Notes: generated by a model from the sequence alone, not told the origin. A stretch of DNA of 64,000 nucleotides from Eledone cirrhosa (GCA_964016885.1 OZ024757.1:28830001-28894000), one strand, 5' to 3'; positions 1-13,344 are shown, counted from the first letter of the stretch. Numbers and translations are program-made.

Positions 1-240
1 GGTTCCTCTCTTCACTGGCGGCTCGCCTAATAGAGGTAACTCGCAAATCACGCGAGGGCACTTGGCTGTTTCAGCGCATCAGCCTCGCCAAACCCTGAGG
101 TAACGCTGCGAGTATGCTGGCTTGCCTCAAAAATCATTAGAGAGGTTGCCCAGTACTCCTCGCAACGTTGCTGTCTTTTGCTCTGGTGTTGGCTCCGTTG
201 TTCACCCCTTCCTAGTGTTAGGGTTAATATTAGTGTTGGG

Positions 241-309
241 CAGACCTGCCAACCTCTAAAAACCCAAACAGGGAGGACCATGAAATAAAAATGAGAGTTG
301 ACAGGTCTG
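241..309. mobile_element. Very short hAT-like MITE in a TTAGGG-like tract
   Basis: Imperfect TIRs CAGACCTGCCAACCTC (241-256) and GAGAGTTGACAGGTCTG (293-309); flanking 8-mers GTGTTGGG / GCGTTAGG match at 6/8. Confidence 0.5.
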
Positions 310-1127
310 GCGTTAGGGTTAGGGTTAGTCTATTTGGAGTTCTAATTCGTCAACAACATGCAAAAAAAAAAAAAAAAAAAAACTATTTCCCACCAGATGC
401 GAGAGGGGTGTAGATAGATCTACGAAACTCCAAGGGGCTTTTCTCCCTCCTTTATCTACAAAGCTAGTCATTTCCGACTGGTTTGGAGATAGAAAAACTC
501 TGTGCCCCTCCAAGAAAAAAAAGTCCCTTGCGGCGAGTTCGGATGTCAGATTAGTTGATAGCAAACGAAAACAAAATATGAGGAAAAACATTTCTCAGTC
601 AAATCGAGAAGGGTGTTCTATAAATTTACCTAAAATACGATAATTAAAAATATATACACTGTATATACAATAAATACATTATTTTTTTTAAGTACAGACA
701 ATGCTGTAAACATTATATATGTATATGAAACAAATATTTTTTTTTAATGAAATTAAATAATATGTGCTTTCTTTTTTTTTTAAGTCAACGTAAATTGTAC
801 TTACCTGTGGTTGATGAATATCATGTGGTGGAGATGGTAGTTGGGCGTGATCATTTGTGACTACATTTTATTAAATTTATTATATTCGATTGATCATTGT
901 CTTCCAATCTCGTCCATCGCCAGGCTTTCATGCTCGAGGATTTTCAGAACATTCTGGTTCAGCATTTTAAATCGTAATAATTCTAAGCTGGTGTTTCGCA
1001 GTAAGCATATCACCGTAAAGGGTTGTTTTTCTTCTAAATTTGAAGGGCACACCATTAAAAGGTAAGAGAGCGGGCCAGTGCCATAGAGTGTGCCCCTTTT
1101 AATGATCCAATGGTGGATGGTGGTAAC

Positions 1128-1309
1128 CAGTGCCGGATTTAGGACAAACGAGACCCTGTGCTAGTTAAGTTATGAAGGGCCCTTACTTACATTTGAAAAT
1201 TCATCATAAACATTTTTTTTTTTTTTTTTTTTTGCTGTAAGATGGGTACCCCTGACCAACGGGGCCCCATGCTTAAGTACAGCTAAGCACAATGGTAAAT
1301 CTGGCGCTG
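1128..1309. mobile_element. Non-autonomous hAT MITE (182 bp)
   Basis: TIRs CAGTGCCGGATTTA / TAAATCTGGCGCTG; exact 8-bp TSD GTGGTAAC at 1120-1127 and 1310-1317. Confidence 0.85.
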
Positions 1310-1710
1310 GTGGTAACTGATGAGGGACTGTGTCAACAACAACAGGTGGGTCATCAATTGACAGCCACAAATCAAATGGGTGCACTGAATTTGATGCAGC
1401 AGTGAGTTGCATCTTGCACCGAAAGTATACTGAATGCAACACAACAATAGTTTAAGGAATATTTTCATAATTTTCTCATATACAATACAACCCTACATTT
1501 TATTATTTAAAGTGTTAGTATATAAAAACTAAAAGGTTAATAAAATAGATTGTAAATTTAACTTACCTTACTCCACTGTGCGGTGGAGGTGGAAATAGAA
1601 GACGGGATAATTTGTGATGGTTCTTTGTTTTCTACCTGTGGTGAGAGAGTCATCAACAGGTGAATCATTAATTGGGACGATAGGATTTGAAGACAACGGT
1701 TAAGACATAG

Positions 1711-2352
1711 TAGATTGGCAATATCGGTAGAGGGTCAGACACCATGCTTTGCAGAATAGAGTTACGGCCCTTTATGATCTAAGTTCAAATCCCGCCGAGG
1801 TTAACTTTGCCTTTCATCCTTACGGGGGCGATAAAATATAGTACCAGTAATGTAATATGTAATGTTATTTATACAACTGTAAATAATAAAATATAATTGT
1901 TTCTACTTTTGGCACAAGGCCAGCAATTACCCAGTGCATTACTGGTATTTTATTTTATCGACCCCGTAAGGATGAAAGGCAAATTAACCTCGGCGGGATT
2001 TGAACTCAGAATGGCAAGGGCCGTAACTCTATGCGTCAAAGCATGGCGTCCAACCCTCTACCGATACTGCCAATCCAAATGATACCTTTAATCGAATTTT
2101 AGTTGTTTACATTGACGACGATGCTTCAAGATAATTAATACCTTTTAATCTACTAAGATATTCATAATAATTGTTTCTACTTTTGGCACAAGGCCAGCAA
2201 TTAGCCAGTTCATTACTGGTACTTTATTTTATCGACCCCGTAACGATGAAAGACAAAGTCAACCTCGGCGGGATTTGAACTCAGATCGTAAAGGGACGTA
2301 ACTATGCTGGAAAGCATGGCGTCCGACCCTCTACCGATACTGCCAATCCACC
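1711..2352. mobile_element. Three SINE family A copies (1711-1853 +, 1897-2078 -, 2168-2352 -)
   Basis: tRNA-like head (TGGCAGTATCGGTAG A-box, GTTCAAATC B-box) and body GCCTTTCATCCTTACGGGGTCGATAAAATAAAGTACCAG; about 20 or more copies across the window. Confidence 0.85.
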
Positions 2353-2640
2353 AATAATGCTTGATGAATATCAATTTCTTTTGATAAGTTAATGTACCAA
2401 AATAAATATTACCAAAGGATTCTCGTAGAAAAGTGAAACTAAAGTGCAATCATGGCTGCCAAAGTTGGAACTATTTGGCATCCATTTAATTTTACTGTAC
2501 GTTTGGTACCACACACCGAAACTTTTTGGAACGTTCTAGAGATTTTTTTTTAAATGTTCAGCATTTTAAAAAGTTAATAGAGTTTCAGTAAAAATCAATT
2601 AAAAAATTATATATATATATATATATATATAAATATATAT

Positions 2641-2878
2641 ATAACAAAGGATTTGTGGTAAGGAACCAGATGGACCATAACGCACCAGAGTACTCAATAC
2701 TTAGGGTAGTAGAGTGGGAAATAGGAAAAAGTATGACCCCGACGGCAGAGCTCAAGCCGTTTCGACAACTACAATCTTCCCATATAAGGAAGTACCCCCT
2801 TGAAAAGTTCGGCTATTTATTCACCAGGCTAAAAATTCTAATTTAGTCCAGAAATAGTCGTCGAAGCCATACTTTTTT

Positions 2879-2880
<2 letters not shown>
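2641..2880. mobile_element. Penelope-like terminal-repeat fragment family P1, fold-back, in (TA)n
   Basis: Same sequence recurs at 12961-13112, 16185-16320, 26503-26680, 48090-48128, 50135-50275, 50725-50870 and 58330-58510; family carries hammerhead 3' half GAAA-cggc-loop-gccg-TC-ggggt. Confidence 0.65.
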
Positions 2881-2921
<41 letters not shown>

Positions 2922-3008
2922 TTGCATATCGAGTGGGTTAATTGGGCTACTCAGCCGTTAATATGCATAAGGTAAGTATATACGTTCAACAATCTGGCAG
3001 GAAGGTAT

Positions 3009-3051
3009 ACGTTGCTGACGATAGCTAATAAGCTTGAAACTAGTACAGCGT
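3009..3051 (+). ncRNA. Minimal type-I hammerhead ribozyme (Penelope-like)
   Basis: acgttg CTGACGA t-agct-aata-agct-t GAAA ctag TA cagcgt; stem I pairs, stem III is palindromic. Confidence 0.7.
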
Positions 3052-3313
3052 TCCTTTGTCAGTGTTGAACAAACGAGCAACGATGGTTGCTAGACACTAC
3101 GGCTTAATACGGGATGTTTGTTTACAAACACACCGAGCATTATAATAAATGTTCGGTGAATCCATACGTACATATATATATTTGTGCATGTATGTATATA
3201 TATATACATACTACTGTACGTCTGTATACATATATGTATGTACGTGTACATACTTATATTTAAGTAACAGCCGTACTAAGAGTGGGAAATGAAATTTCGT
3301 TTCATTTTTTTCC

Positions 3314-3363
<50 letters not shown>

Positions 3364-3364
3364 C

Positions 3365-3620
3365 AAGGTTGTATAAATAACATTACAAACATGTTTAAAT
3401 ATATACATAAATTCTTCTCTTATTTACAATTGTATGAATTTACAGAACAACATTACAAATATGTTTCAAATATATACATAAATAACATTACGCATCTTAC
3501 TACATGGACATAAATAAACGTTACAAATATGTTTTATATATGGACATAAATAACATTATAAATATGTTTTAAATATGGACATAAATAACATTACAAATGC
3601 GTAAATAACATTATAAATTG
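3365..3620. repeat. AT-rich degenerate minisatellite (~30-35 bp)
   Basis: Repeated ATAAATAACATTACAAATATGTTT...ATATGGAC units. Confidence 0.7.
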
Positions 3621-5109
3621 CTCGCAATACTTTCACAAGAACATTACAAATTTTATATTTCTTTGGCTAATTTGACACAATATTTTAAATTCATTAATTA
3701 ACACTTTACGGCCAGCAAAATTAATGTCGAATAATATTTTATTGTTCTGTTTTTTTACACATGACGACCACACGTGCACGAAATACGATGCAGCAATTAG
3801 TTGCATCTTGTACAGAGTGTACTGAATGCGATACAAGAGTTTAGGGAATATTTTCAGAATTTTTTAAGTAAATTTTTTATTAATGGTTGGTTTAATGATA
3901 ATAATGGTGGGTATAATGATAATAATAATGATTTTTGTTTTTAATTTTAAGGGGCGTTAGTTGGTAAGTTTGGTTAGAATGTGGCATTTATGAAGGTGGC
4001 ATTTATGTTTTCTCTATGACCTTGAAAACCTTCGTAAATTACACCATTTTCTGTGCTTCCACCTACGCGGAGATCCCCCATAACGGCCGTCTCGAAGACT
4101 AAGTATAATAATATATATTTACCTTTTTTCTTCATGTATAAATCATAACTTTAAGTTTATGGAATTCGTCACTTTGGTTAGCCATTCGCGAGAAGGAAAA
4201 GAATATGATGTAATCGTAGGAGCACGCATGCGCGATTTTCGGTTCTGCTGTCAAAATTTAACAAATTTTTATGTATCTTCGTAGGTTTTCAACCAAGTTT
4301 TTGTTTACTAATGTAAATATTAAAAGAAAACTTCCGACAGCTATAGGTGCAATGGTTTGTTACCTTCGTGATTTTAAAATTACTATACTCGTCTCCGAGA
4401 CGGATGTTATGAAGTACCCGAAAGGCAGAATCACAGAAAACCAATAATCTATGACGTCTTTGAATGCCATGTTCGACTAAAACACATAAAAAAATCATAG
4501 GAAAAACATAGATTTCGCTCATATTCAACATCCTAACAGGTCCTATTACCTAACTACCCTTTGAATACTATTACACTCGTCTGCGAGGTGGGTGTAATAG
4601 TAAAAACATGATATTGTCTTCATCATCCTTATCATCTCTGCTGTCACCAACGACAATGTCATCTTCTATTAACACAGCTAGTCACCCTGACCTCGTATTC
4701 TCTGATGTTTCGATTGCCTTCTGAAACACACGATAAAAATATTTTCCTACGAATCCTTCAAAATCGTATTCTACCCCAACAGCGTACGATTCTTTTAATT
4801 ATTTCTATCTTCTAAGCACTGATTAGAATAGTAATACATACAGGGTGTCCCTCAAAAATGTATACACACTTCAACAACATTCTAATAAATATTCCCTGTA
4901 CAGGTAATCAAAGTGTGTATATATATATTTTAGCGACTGTATTTAATGTCTTCCATAAAATTATTAAATCGAACATACCAGGCTTGGTGTTGTAATTCTC
5001 GATGTTAAAGAGAGAGATATTTGTCCTCATATCTTTACTAAAATCAGCATCGATGACAACGGTAAATATTTTGACAACGGTTCAAATATCTTTCTAACAT
5101 AAGCAATAT

Positions 5110-5550
5110 AATTGTTTCTACTTTTGACACAAGGCCAGCAATTATCCAGTACATTACTGGTACTTTATTTTATCGACCCCGTCAGGATGAAAGGCAAAGT
5201 TAACCTCGGCGAGATTTGAACTCAGATCGTAAAGGGAGGTAACTACGCTGGAAAGCATGTCCGACCTAAAATAAGCAATATAATAATAATTAAATTATTG
5301 TGTACAGTACTCTGGTGCACTACAAAAATAAACGGTGGCGATGTTAATAATAATAATAATTGTTTCTAATTTTTGGCACAAGGCCAGCAATTACCTCAGT
5401 GCATTACTGGTACTTTATTTTATCGACCCCGTATGGATGAAAGGCACAGTGAACCCCGTCGGAATTTGAACTCAGACTATAAAGGGGCGTAACTCTATGC
5501 TGCAAAGCATGGCGTCCGACCTTCTACCGATACTGCCAATCCACTGCCCT
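5110..5550 (-). mobile_element. Two SINE family A copies
   Basis: Matches the family A body and head in reverse orientation. Confidence 0.8.
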
Positions 5551-6380
5551 GGTGATGGTAATGGGTATCACCTCTCTCAATTTTCATATGAGATAGGTGA
5601 TACCTAACATCATCATCTTCATTAACCTCTCCTAGTCTGAACACAGCTGATTTCTTCCAGAGATTGAAAGATTGGTGAAATAAAAAAAAGAGATTTAGAG
5701 GAAGAATCGACCCCAGTACTAGACTATTTATTTATTTATTTTTTGATACATAACAAATTAGAAAACTCATCGCTAGAACATCCGTTAAAACAGCTAAATG
5801 CTGTCAAAGACAGCGATGTGCGAAAATGCCTCAGAGGACAGACCAGTGGCCAGTGGTCAACAGAGAGAGACAATATACAATGTGGGTGACAGGCAGATAA
5901 AATATAGAAAGATGAAGACACGGAGAAGTGTGTTGGTGCACAGAAGTAACAAGAAGAAGGAAATAAAGAGGGGCAACTTACAGGACAAGTTTATACACAT
6001 ACACATCTCCACACTAATCAGCTCTCAAACTTTTCAATCTATTCTATGTTTCATCTGCATGTCACTCACCTTGTCGATTGTCTCTCTGTTGACCACTGTC
6101 AAATACACTCTCGGTTCGTCTCGATCAGAGACAACATTGTTTGTTTTTATTTATCAACCGTGAAATAATGGAAAGCAAAGTTGACCCCAGGATGGTTTGA
6201 ATTCAGAGTGAAGAGAGCTGGAACAAATACTGTAAAGCATTCTATCTGATGTTCTAATGACTCTGCCCATTTGACTTCATCATCATTGTTTAATGCCTGC
6301 CTTCCCTTGCTAACACACATACACATTGTTATGTACATATGTGTATATATATATCTGTGTGTGTGTGTATATATATACGC

Positions 6381-6419
<39 letters not shown>

Positions 6420-6423
<4 letters not shown>

Positions 6424-6519
6424 GTGTCCCAAAAAACTGTATACACACTTCAACACCATTCTAATGAATATTGCCTGTACAGGTAATCAAAGTGTGTATA
6501 CATTTTTGGGACACCCTGT
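6420..6519. mobile_element. ~100-bp Tc1/mariner-type MITE (also 4841-4930 partial, 21434-21532, 53724-53821)
   Basis: TIR CAG(G/A)GTGTCCCAAAAA...TTTTTGGGACACCCTG flanked by TA; four copies. Confidence 0.85.
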
Positions 6520-6571
6520 ATATATATATATATATATATATGTATATACAAGCATGTGTTTATGTGTGTGC

Positions 6572-6645
<74 letters not shown>

Positions 6646-7129
6646 ACTCTAGTTATAAAAAAAACAACAACAACAACAACCAAAACTATGGTAACTAGCC
6701 AGGTTTTCCACTGCACCAGCCATTTGGTCAGAAATCCTTCCACACAGATCAAGAAACCTGGTAAGGGAGCACATATTTAAAGACGTTACATATAGTTTTG
6801 GTTCCTTAATTTAGAAGTGAAATCTCCGTCCATTTGAGATTAGTCTGGATAATGGCCAGTTTGATTCTCTTTACCAATTATTGTTCCAGTCGACAGTTGG
6901 CAAAGGTGTTTTTCACATTTTTGATTCCCCTAACAGAGATATAATAGTTAAACATTGATTCAATACCCGTTTGCTACATGTATCTTTACCAAATACATTA
7001 TGTTGAGCTCAACTAGGGACAATGAAGCTATTTTTTTTTCATCTACCTATATTTGTTTACGATTATTCCCCTTTTTTTCCGTCTTTTCAGCTACCTATGT
7101 TTGTTTAATATTATCATTCCTTTTTTTCA

Positions 7130-7930
7130 TCCCAATGAGGTTAGCTTTGTCTTTCATCCTTACAGGGTCGATAAAATAAAGTACCTGCAATGCACTGGGG
7201 TAATTGCTGGCCTTGTGCCAAAAGTAAAAACAATAGCGCCAGGCACCATGCTTTACAGAATACAGTTATGGCCTTTTACGTTCTGAGTTCGAATCCTGTC
7301 GAGGTTAATTTTGCCTTTCATCCTTACAGGGTCGATAAAATAAAGTACCAGTAATGCACTGGGGTAATTGCTGGCCTTGTGCCAAAAGTAGAAACAATTA
7401 TTATTCCTTTTTTTCCCTGTCTTTTCATCTACCTATGCCTGTTTATTTCAGACTTCCTTCCACTCTAAAGACGAAAGAAACAACAGCATCAAAAACAAAA
7501 CAAAGATTGCCAGGTAACTAAATGTTTCCTTACCTTCATCTTACCATCCATTTTGCATTGTTTAGCCTTATATCACTTTCAACATTATATAATATATTAT
7601 ATATAATGCTTCTAGCAAACTACAACATTTTATTATTTATATATATATATATTGGCCTTGTGCCTATATAAGAAACCATTACTTATATCCCGCCGAGGTT
7701 AACTTTGCCTTTCATCCTTACGGGGTCGATAAAATAAAGTACCAGTAATGCACTGGGTAATTGCTGGCCTTGTGCCTAAAGTAGAAACAATTATTTATAT
7801 ACATCTTTACGGTCTGAGTTCAAATCCTGTTGAGGTTAACTTTGCCTTTCATCCTTACGGGGTCGATAAAATAAAGTACCAGTAATGCACTGGGTAATTG
7901 CTGGCCTTGTGCCAAATGTAGAAACAATTA
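7130..7930 (+). mobile_element. Cluster of four 5'-truncated SINE family A copies
   Basis: Family A body repeated at ~7130, 7240, 7688 and 7805. Confidence 0.8.
7452..7513 (+). CDS. Candidate host exon (TSFHSKDERNNSIKNKTKIA-R)
   Basis: Pyrimidine tract with TTTCAG acceptor and CAG|GTAACT donor; phase-2 end is compatible with the candidate exon at 14589. Confidence 0.4.
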
Positions 7931-8775
7931 TTTATATATATCATCATCATCATCATCGTTTAACGTCTATCTTCCACACTAGCATGGGTTTATATGGGAA
8001 TTATCCCACTTGAGGCAAGATTGGTTGTCTTGCTTGTATAGGACTGTCTGGCAGGTTTTCTACAGCTGGATGCCCTTCCTAACACCAACCACGTTTACAG
8101 CGTGGACTGGGAGGTTTTTACTGTGTTACCTACACAACCACATTACAGCGTGGACTGTGTGTTTTTTTTTGTCATGACACCTACACGACCTCATTTATTT
8201 AGGACTGGATGTTGTGGTACCAACATAGCCATCCGCATCTGAAATATCATCATCATCATCATCATTTTACGTCTGCTTTTCCCTGCTTGCAAGGGTGGGA
8301 CGGGTCCTATTCAGCACAGCATCTCTCCACTTGTCACGGTCCTTCGTCATCTCCTCCTTTAATGTCCATCTTCCATGCTAGCATTGGTAAGAGGAAGGGC
8401 ATCCAGCCATAGAAAACCTGCCAGTTTGGGAGGACCTTTCAGCTGTGTCAAAGACATAACCACCTACTAGTGCTAGCATGAGGATTGTAAGTAAGATACA
8501 GGCTCCCAGCCCATCTAAAATGTCAGTAGCCCTACTTGAGTACTGATTTGAACTGTGAAGACTTGTCCAACCCTTTCTAAACAGGAGAATGGACATTAAA
8601 TCAGTCTGCTGCTAATGATGATGACTTATGTATATATATATTATAATTATATTATATATATATATAATATATATATGTATGTAAAAGGTAAACAGAAATA
8701 ACAACACAATCGGTACAGTATATGGAAGGGATATATTAGCGTGGAAGATAGACGTTAAACGATGATGATGATGAT

Positions 8776-8858
<83 letters not shown>

Positions 8859-9085
8859 AGAGGGAGAAAGAGACGATTATTAGGAAGAAAAATATTTTTT
8901 TTTCCTTTTTTATTTCTTTCTCTCTTTTTTCTGGGTTAGAAAATGATTAAAACGAAATGTTTTACTTTGTGTGAAGTGTTAAGGTATTAGTTGATTTATT
9001 TATTAATTAACATATTGAGTTAAGAACTCAGGCTAGTCGCTTACAATTAAATAGCTCTAAGAAAAAAGCTTTTCCAAGCCGTACA

Positions 9086-9669
9086 ATATAATTGAATAAA
9101 CAAGAGAGATGAACACTAATATAAATATACATGTGTTCGAATCATAGGGACCAAATTTGCTAGGGTGAAAAAATACTAACTACAGCAATATAGTTTGTTA
9201 TCCTTAACTTTAAATATTAAATTAAGAAAAATTAAGAAAAATAACAGACCTATATTGGGCAAAAATGCCTGGTAACAACTAGACAGTGTTGGAGACTGTT
9301 TCGCACCGACTTATTAAGTGAAGTTCTCACATTTCTCTGCTCATCAGTAGTTGTTGAGAAATTAGTGATCCTTTCACTTCTAAAAATATTAGAGAAAGAA
9401 TTGTGTGCGATATGAATTATCGCACATGTCATTCGGAACCCAGCTTGTCTTGATATTCCCTGCTGCTAAAAATAGCAGCCTGGCTGACAGGACAATAAAA
9501 ATTAGCTCTACATGATGGAGCCGACAATTTTTCTTAATTTAATATTTAAAGTTAAGGATAACAAACTATATTGCTGTAGTTAGTATTTTTTCACCCTAGC
9601 AAATTTTGGTCCTTACGATTCGAACACATGTATGTTTATATTAGTGTTCATCTCTCTTGTTTATTCAAT

Positions 9670-9674
<5 letters not shown>
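9086..9674. mobile_element. Penelope-like fold-back element with ~148-bp inverted arms
   Basis: 9086-9233 is the near-perfect reverse complement of 9527-9674; a hammerhead lies in the spacer. Confidence 0.7.
9274..9355 (-). ncRNA. Type-I hammerhead ribozyme with full stem III
   Basis: aacaacta CTGATGA gca...tgc GAAA cagt-ctccaac-actg TC tagttgtt; 8-bp stem I, GUC cleavage triplet. Confidence 0.8.
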
Positions 9675-9704
<30 letters not shown>

Positions 9705-9726
9705 ATTTATATAAATATATATATAT

Positions 9727-10020
9727 AATCATCATCATTTTACGTCCGCTTTTCCCTGCTTGCAAGGGTGGGACGGGAACTGACTCTGGCTTGATTTCTA
9801 CAGCTGGATGCCCTTCCTAACACCAACCTCATTTACAGTGAGTGCTGGGTGCTTTTTTTCCGTGGCACCTCCACGACCACTTTACAGAGGAATGATAGGA
9901 CTCCAGTCCTATCATCTCATTTCTACAGCTGAGTAAACTGGAGCAATGTGAAATAACACATCACCCGGTCTGAGAATTGAACTCACAACCTTTTGATTGC
10001 AAGGCCAATGCTCTAACCAC
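9727..10020 (-). mobile_element. CORE-type SINE family B (internally deleted copy)
   Basis: Matches the full copy at 47726-48075. Confidence 0.8.
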
Positions 10021-10060
10021 ATATGTATATATTATATATATAATATATATATATAATATG

Positions 10061-10114
<54 letters not shown>

Positions 10115-10115
<1 letters not shown>

Positions 10116-11475
10116 GCCTGCATACGAACAGCAATGTTGCATGGCAGTGAGACCTGGGCATTGTGTGCAGAGGATATACACAGACTAGAGAGGAACGAAG
10201 CTTGCATGCTCCGCTGGATGTGTAATCGTAATATACGTGAACGGCAAAGCATAAACGAACTAAGGAAAAAATTAGAAATAAGAGGGATCAGATGTTGTTT
10301 ACTCGAGAGAAGGCTACGTTGATATGGTCACGTGATGCGCATGAAAGACAACAGCTGTATAACAAAGTGCAGGGCAATAAAGATAGATGGTAGCCACGGA
10401 GTAGGCAGACCCAGGAAAACCTGGGACGAGCTGATAAATTCCGACCTCACACACTTACACCTCTCCAAGACAATGTCACTGGACCGAGAACTTTGGCGGT
10501 ACTCAGTAACAGAGAAGACCCGCCTTACCTAAATACAAAGTAAAACCTACTAGTCAGTAGGCATCTCTAACAAAATACACCCCCGTCCCACCCCATCCAC
10601 ACCGCCCCCTTCAATGCAAAGTTTTGTTGGTGCCACAACATCCAGGCCGAAACAAACGAGATCGTGTAGGTGTCACGACAAAAAAACACACAGTCCACGC
10701 TGTAATGTGACCGTGTAGGCAACACGGTAAAAACCTCCCAGTCCCACACTGTAAATGTGGTTGGTGTTAGGAAGGGCATCCAGCTGTAGAAAACATGCCA
10801 GACAGTCCACGCTGTAATGTGGCCGTGTAGGCAACACGGTAAAAACCTCCCAGCCCCACACTGTAAATGTGGTTGGTGTTAGGAAGGGCATCCAGCTGTA
10901 GAAAACACGCCAGACAGTCCACGCTGTAATGTGGCCGTGTAGGCAACACGGTAAAAACCTCCCAGCCCCACACTGTAAATGTGGTTGGTGTTAGGAAGGG
11001 CATCCAGCTGTAGAAAACACGCCAGACAGTCCACGCTGTAATGTGGCCGTGTAGGCAACACGGTAAAAACCTCCCAGCCCCACACTGTAAATGTGGTTGG
11101 TGTTAGGAAGGGCATCCAGCTGTAGAAAACACGCCAGACAGTCCACGCTGTAATGTGGCCGTGTAGGCAACACGGTAAAAACCTCCCAGCCCCACACTGT
11201 AAATGTGGTTGGTGTTAGGAAGGGCATCCAGCTGTAGAAAACACGCCAGACAGTCCACGCTGTAATGTGGCCGTGTAGGCAACACGGTAAAAACCTCCCA
11301 GCCCCACACTGTAAATGTGGTTGGTGTTAGGAAGGGCATCCAGCTGTAGAAAACCCGCCAGACAGTCCTATGCGAGCAAGACAACCACTCTTGCCTCAAG
11401 TGGGTAAACCCCCGTCCAAACCCATGCAAGCGTGGAACAGGGACGTTAAACGATGATGATGATGATGATGATGAT
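10115..11475 (+). mobile_element. RTE LINE family 1, 3' fragment with amplified 3' UTR
   Basis: MLHGSETW...RRLR*YGHV...GRPRKTW near-identical to the 27077-28297 ORF; (GAT)n tail. Confidence 0.9.
10691..11362. repeat. 112-bp tandem repeat x6 inside the RTE 3' UTR
   Basis: Units start at 10691, 10803, 10915, 11027, 11139 and 11251; near-identical. Confidence 0.95.
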
Positions 11476-11970
11476 ACATATGTGTGTGTGTATGTATGCA
11501 TAATTATATGTATGTAGCAATAATGATTTCTAGTATAGGCACAAGGCCAGTAATTTGGTGGGAGGGGAAAGTCGATTAAATCAACGCCAGTACATTTCTG
11601 GTACTTTATTTTATCGAGACCGTAAAGGACTGTAACTCTATGCCACAAAGCATGTTGTCCGACGCTCTACCAGAACTGCCAATCCCCCTGTCTATGTATG
11701 TAGTAATAATGATGACAATGATGATGACTACAACGACGATGATGGTGATGATGATGATAGGTGGTGTGGATAGAAGAGGAGGGAAATGGAGGGGAAGATA
11801 TTTTAAAAGTGGTTGTCTTAACTGGTTTGGCTTAAATCCAGTCTTAATCGAAAACAAAATAAAATGAAAATAAACAAAATATCACAAAAAGGTCCCTATT
11901 TTTAGCATCTCCATAACAAAATAACTTCTCCTCCTACTCTCTCTTTCCTTCTATATACACAGACACACAT

Positions 11971-12076
<106 letters not shown>

Positions 12077-12112
12077 GTATGTATGTATATCCCTCCTGTA
12101 TGTATCTATATG

Positions 12113-12143
<31 letters not shown>

Positions 12144-12176
12144 GTGTGTATGTATATATATATATACGAATGTATG

Positions 12177-12255
<79 letters not shown>

Positions 12256-12613
12256 ATATATATATATATATATACACATACAAACACACATGTATATTTC
12301 TCTCTCTTGTATGTATATATATGTATGTATATATATATATATATAGGGGAAATGAATTAATGATTCTTTATGCTGTTTGCCCCATCGCCCCCACCCAACA
12401 CCCACTGCACACTTAGATAAGCCTGACTGGAATTTTAGCTGAGTACTGTGAATTTTTCGTCATCATCATCATCATCATCTTCATCATCACTATCATTGTT
12501 ATCATCATCATCATCCACATCACCACCAACACCAACAACAAAACCACGAACACCACCACCGCCACCTGTGCCGTCACCACCACTACCACTACCACCATCA
12601 TAATCATCATCAA

Positions 12614-12663
<50 letters not shown>

Positions 12664-12724
12664 CTCACATCATTGTGAAATAAAACCAATGCAAGCATTT
12701 AAATACAGAATATATGTATGTATG

Positions 12725-12785
<61 letters not shown>

Positions 12786-12911
12786 GTATATATGTGTATG
12801 TGTGTATATAATTATATATATATATATATAATATATATATATAAATGAAAAGTATAGAAATTATTGTAGCAAGAAGCCAACAGTATTCCATAATATATAT
12901 ATAATATATAT

Positions 12912-12963
<52 letters not shown>

Positions 12964-13109
12964 CGAAGGAAATGTGGTAAAGAACCAGAGGAACCAGATG
13001 GACTATAACGCACCAAAGTACTCAATACTTAGGGTAGTAGAGTGGGTAATTGGAGTCCAGAATTAGCCGTCGAAACGGCTTGAGCTCTGCCGTCGGAGTC
13101 ATACTTGTT

Positions 13110-13149
<40 letters not shown>

Positions 13150-13258
13150 TATATCTCTTACGTCAATACTCATCTTTTTCCATTTCTCTGAGGGTTCTAA
13201 ACCCCACTATCAGACTAAAAATTTCTTTAGTCAAAAATACAGTGAAACCTTATATTTC

Positions 13259-13300
<42 letters not shown>

Positions 13301-13344
13301 GCAAGCAGGGAAAAGTGGACGTAAAATGATGATGATGATATACA

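Larger units (their letters stand above)
806..2450 (-). pseudogene. Possible decayed multi-exon gene of unknown identity, disrupted by a MITE and SINEs
   Basis: Minus-strand donors CAG|GTAAGT (~805) and AAG|GTAAGT (~1566); protein-like fragments (SPQVENKEPSQIIPSSISTSTAQWSK; LHFSFTFLRESFGNIYFGTLTYQKKLIFIKHY / YEYLSRLKGINYLE) that rejoin across insertions but carry stops and frameshifts. Confidence 0.3.

Noticed and set aside
312-328. Telomere
   Set aside because: Fewer than three TTAGGG units and an internal location
10691-11362. CRISPR-like regular array
   Set aside because: Units are near-identical end to end with no unique spacers; the unit derives from an RTE 3' UTR and the context is eukaryotic
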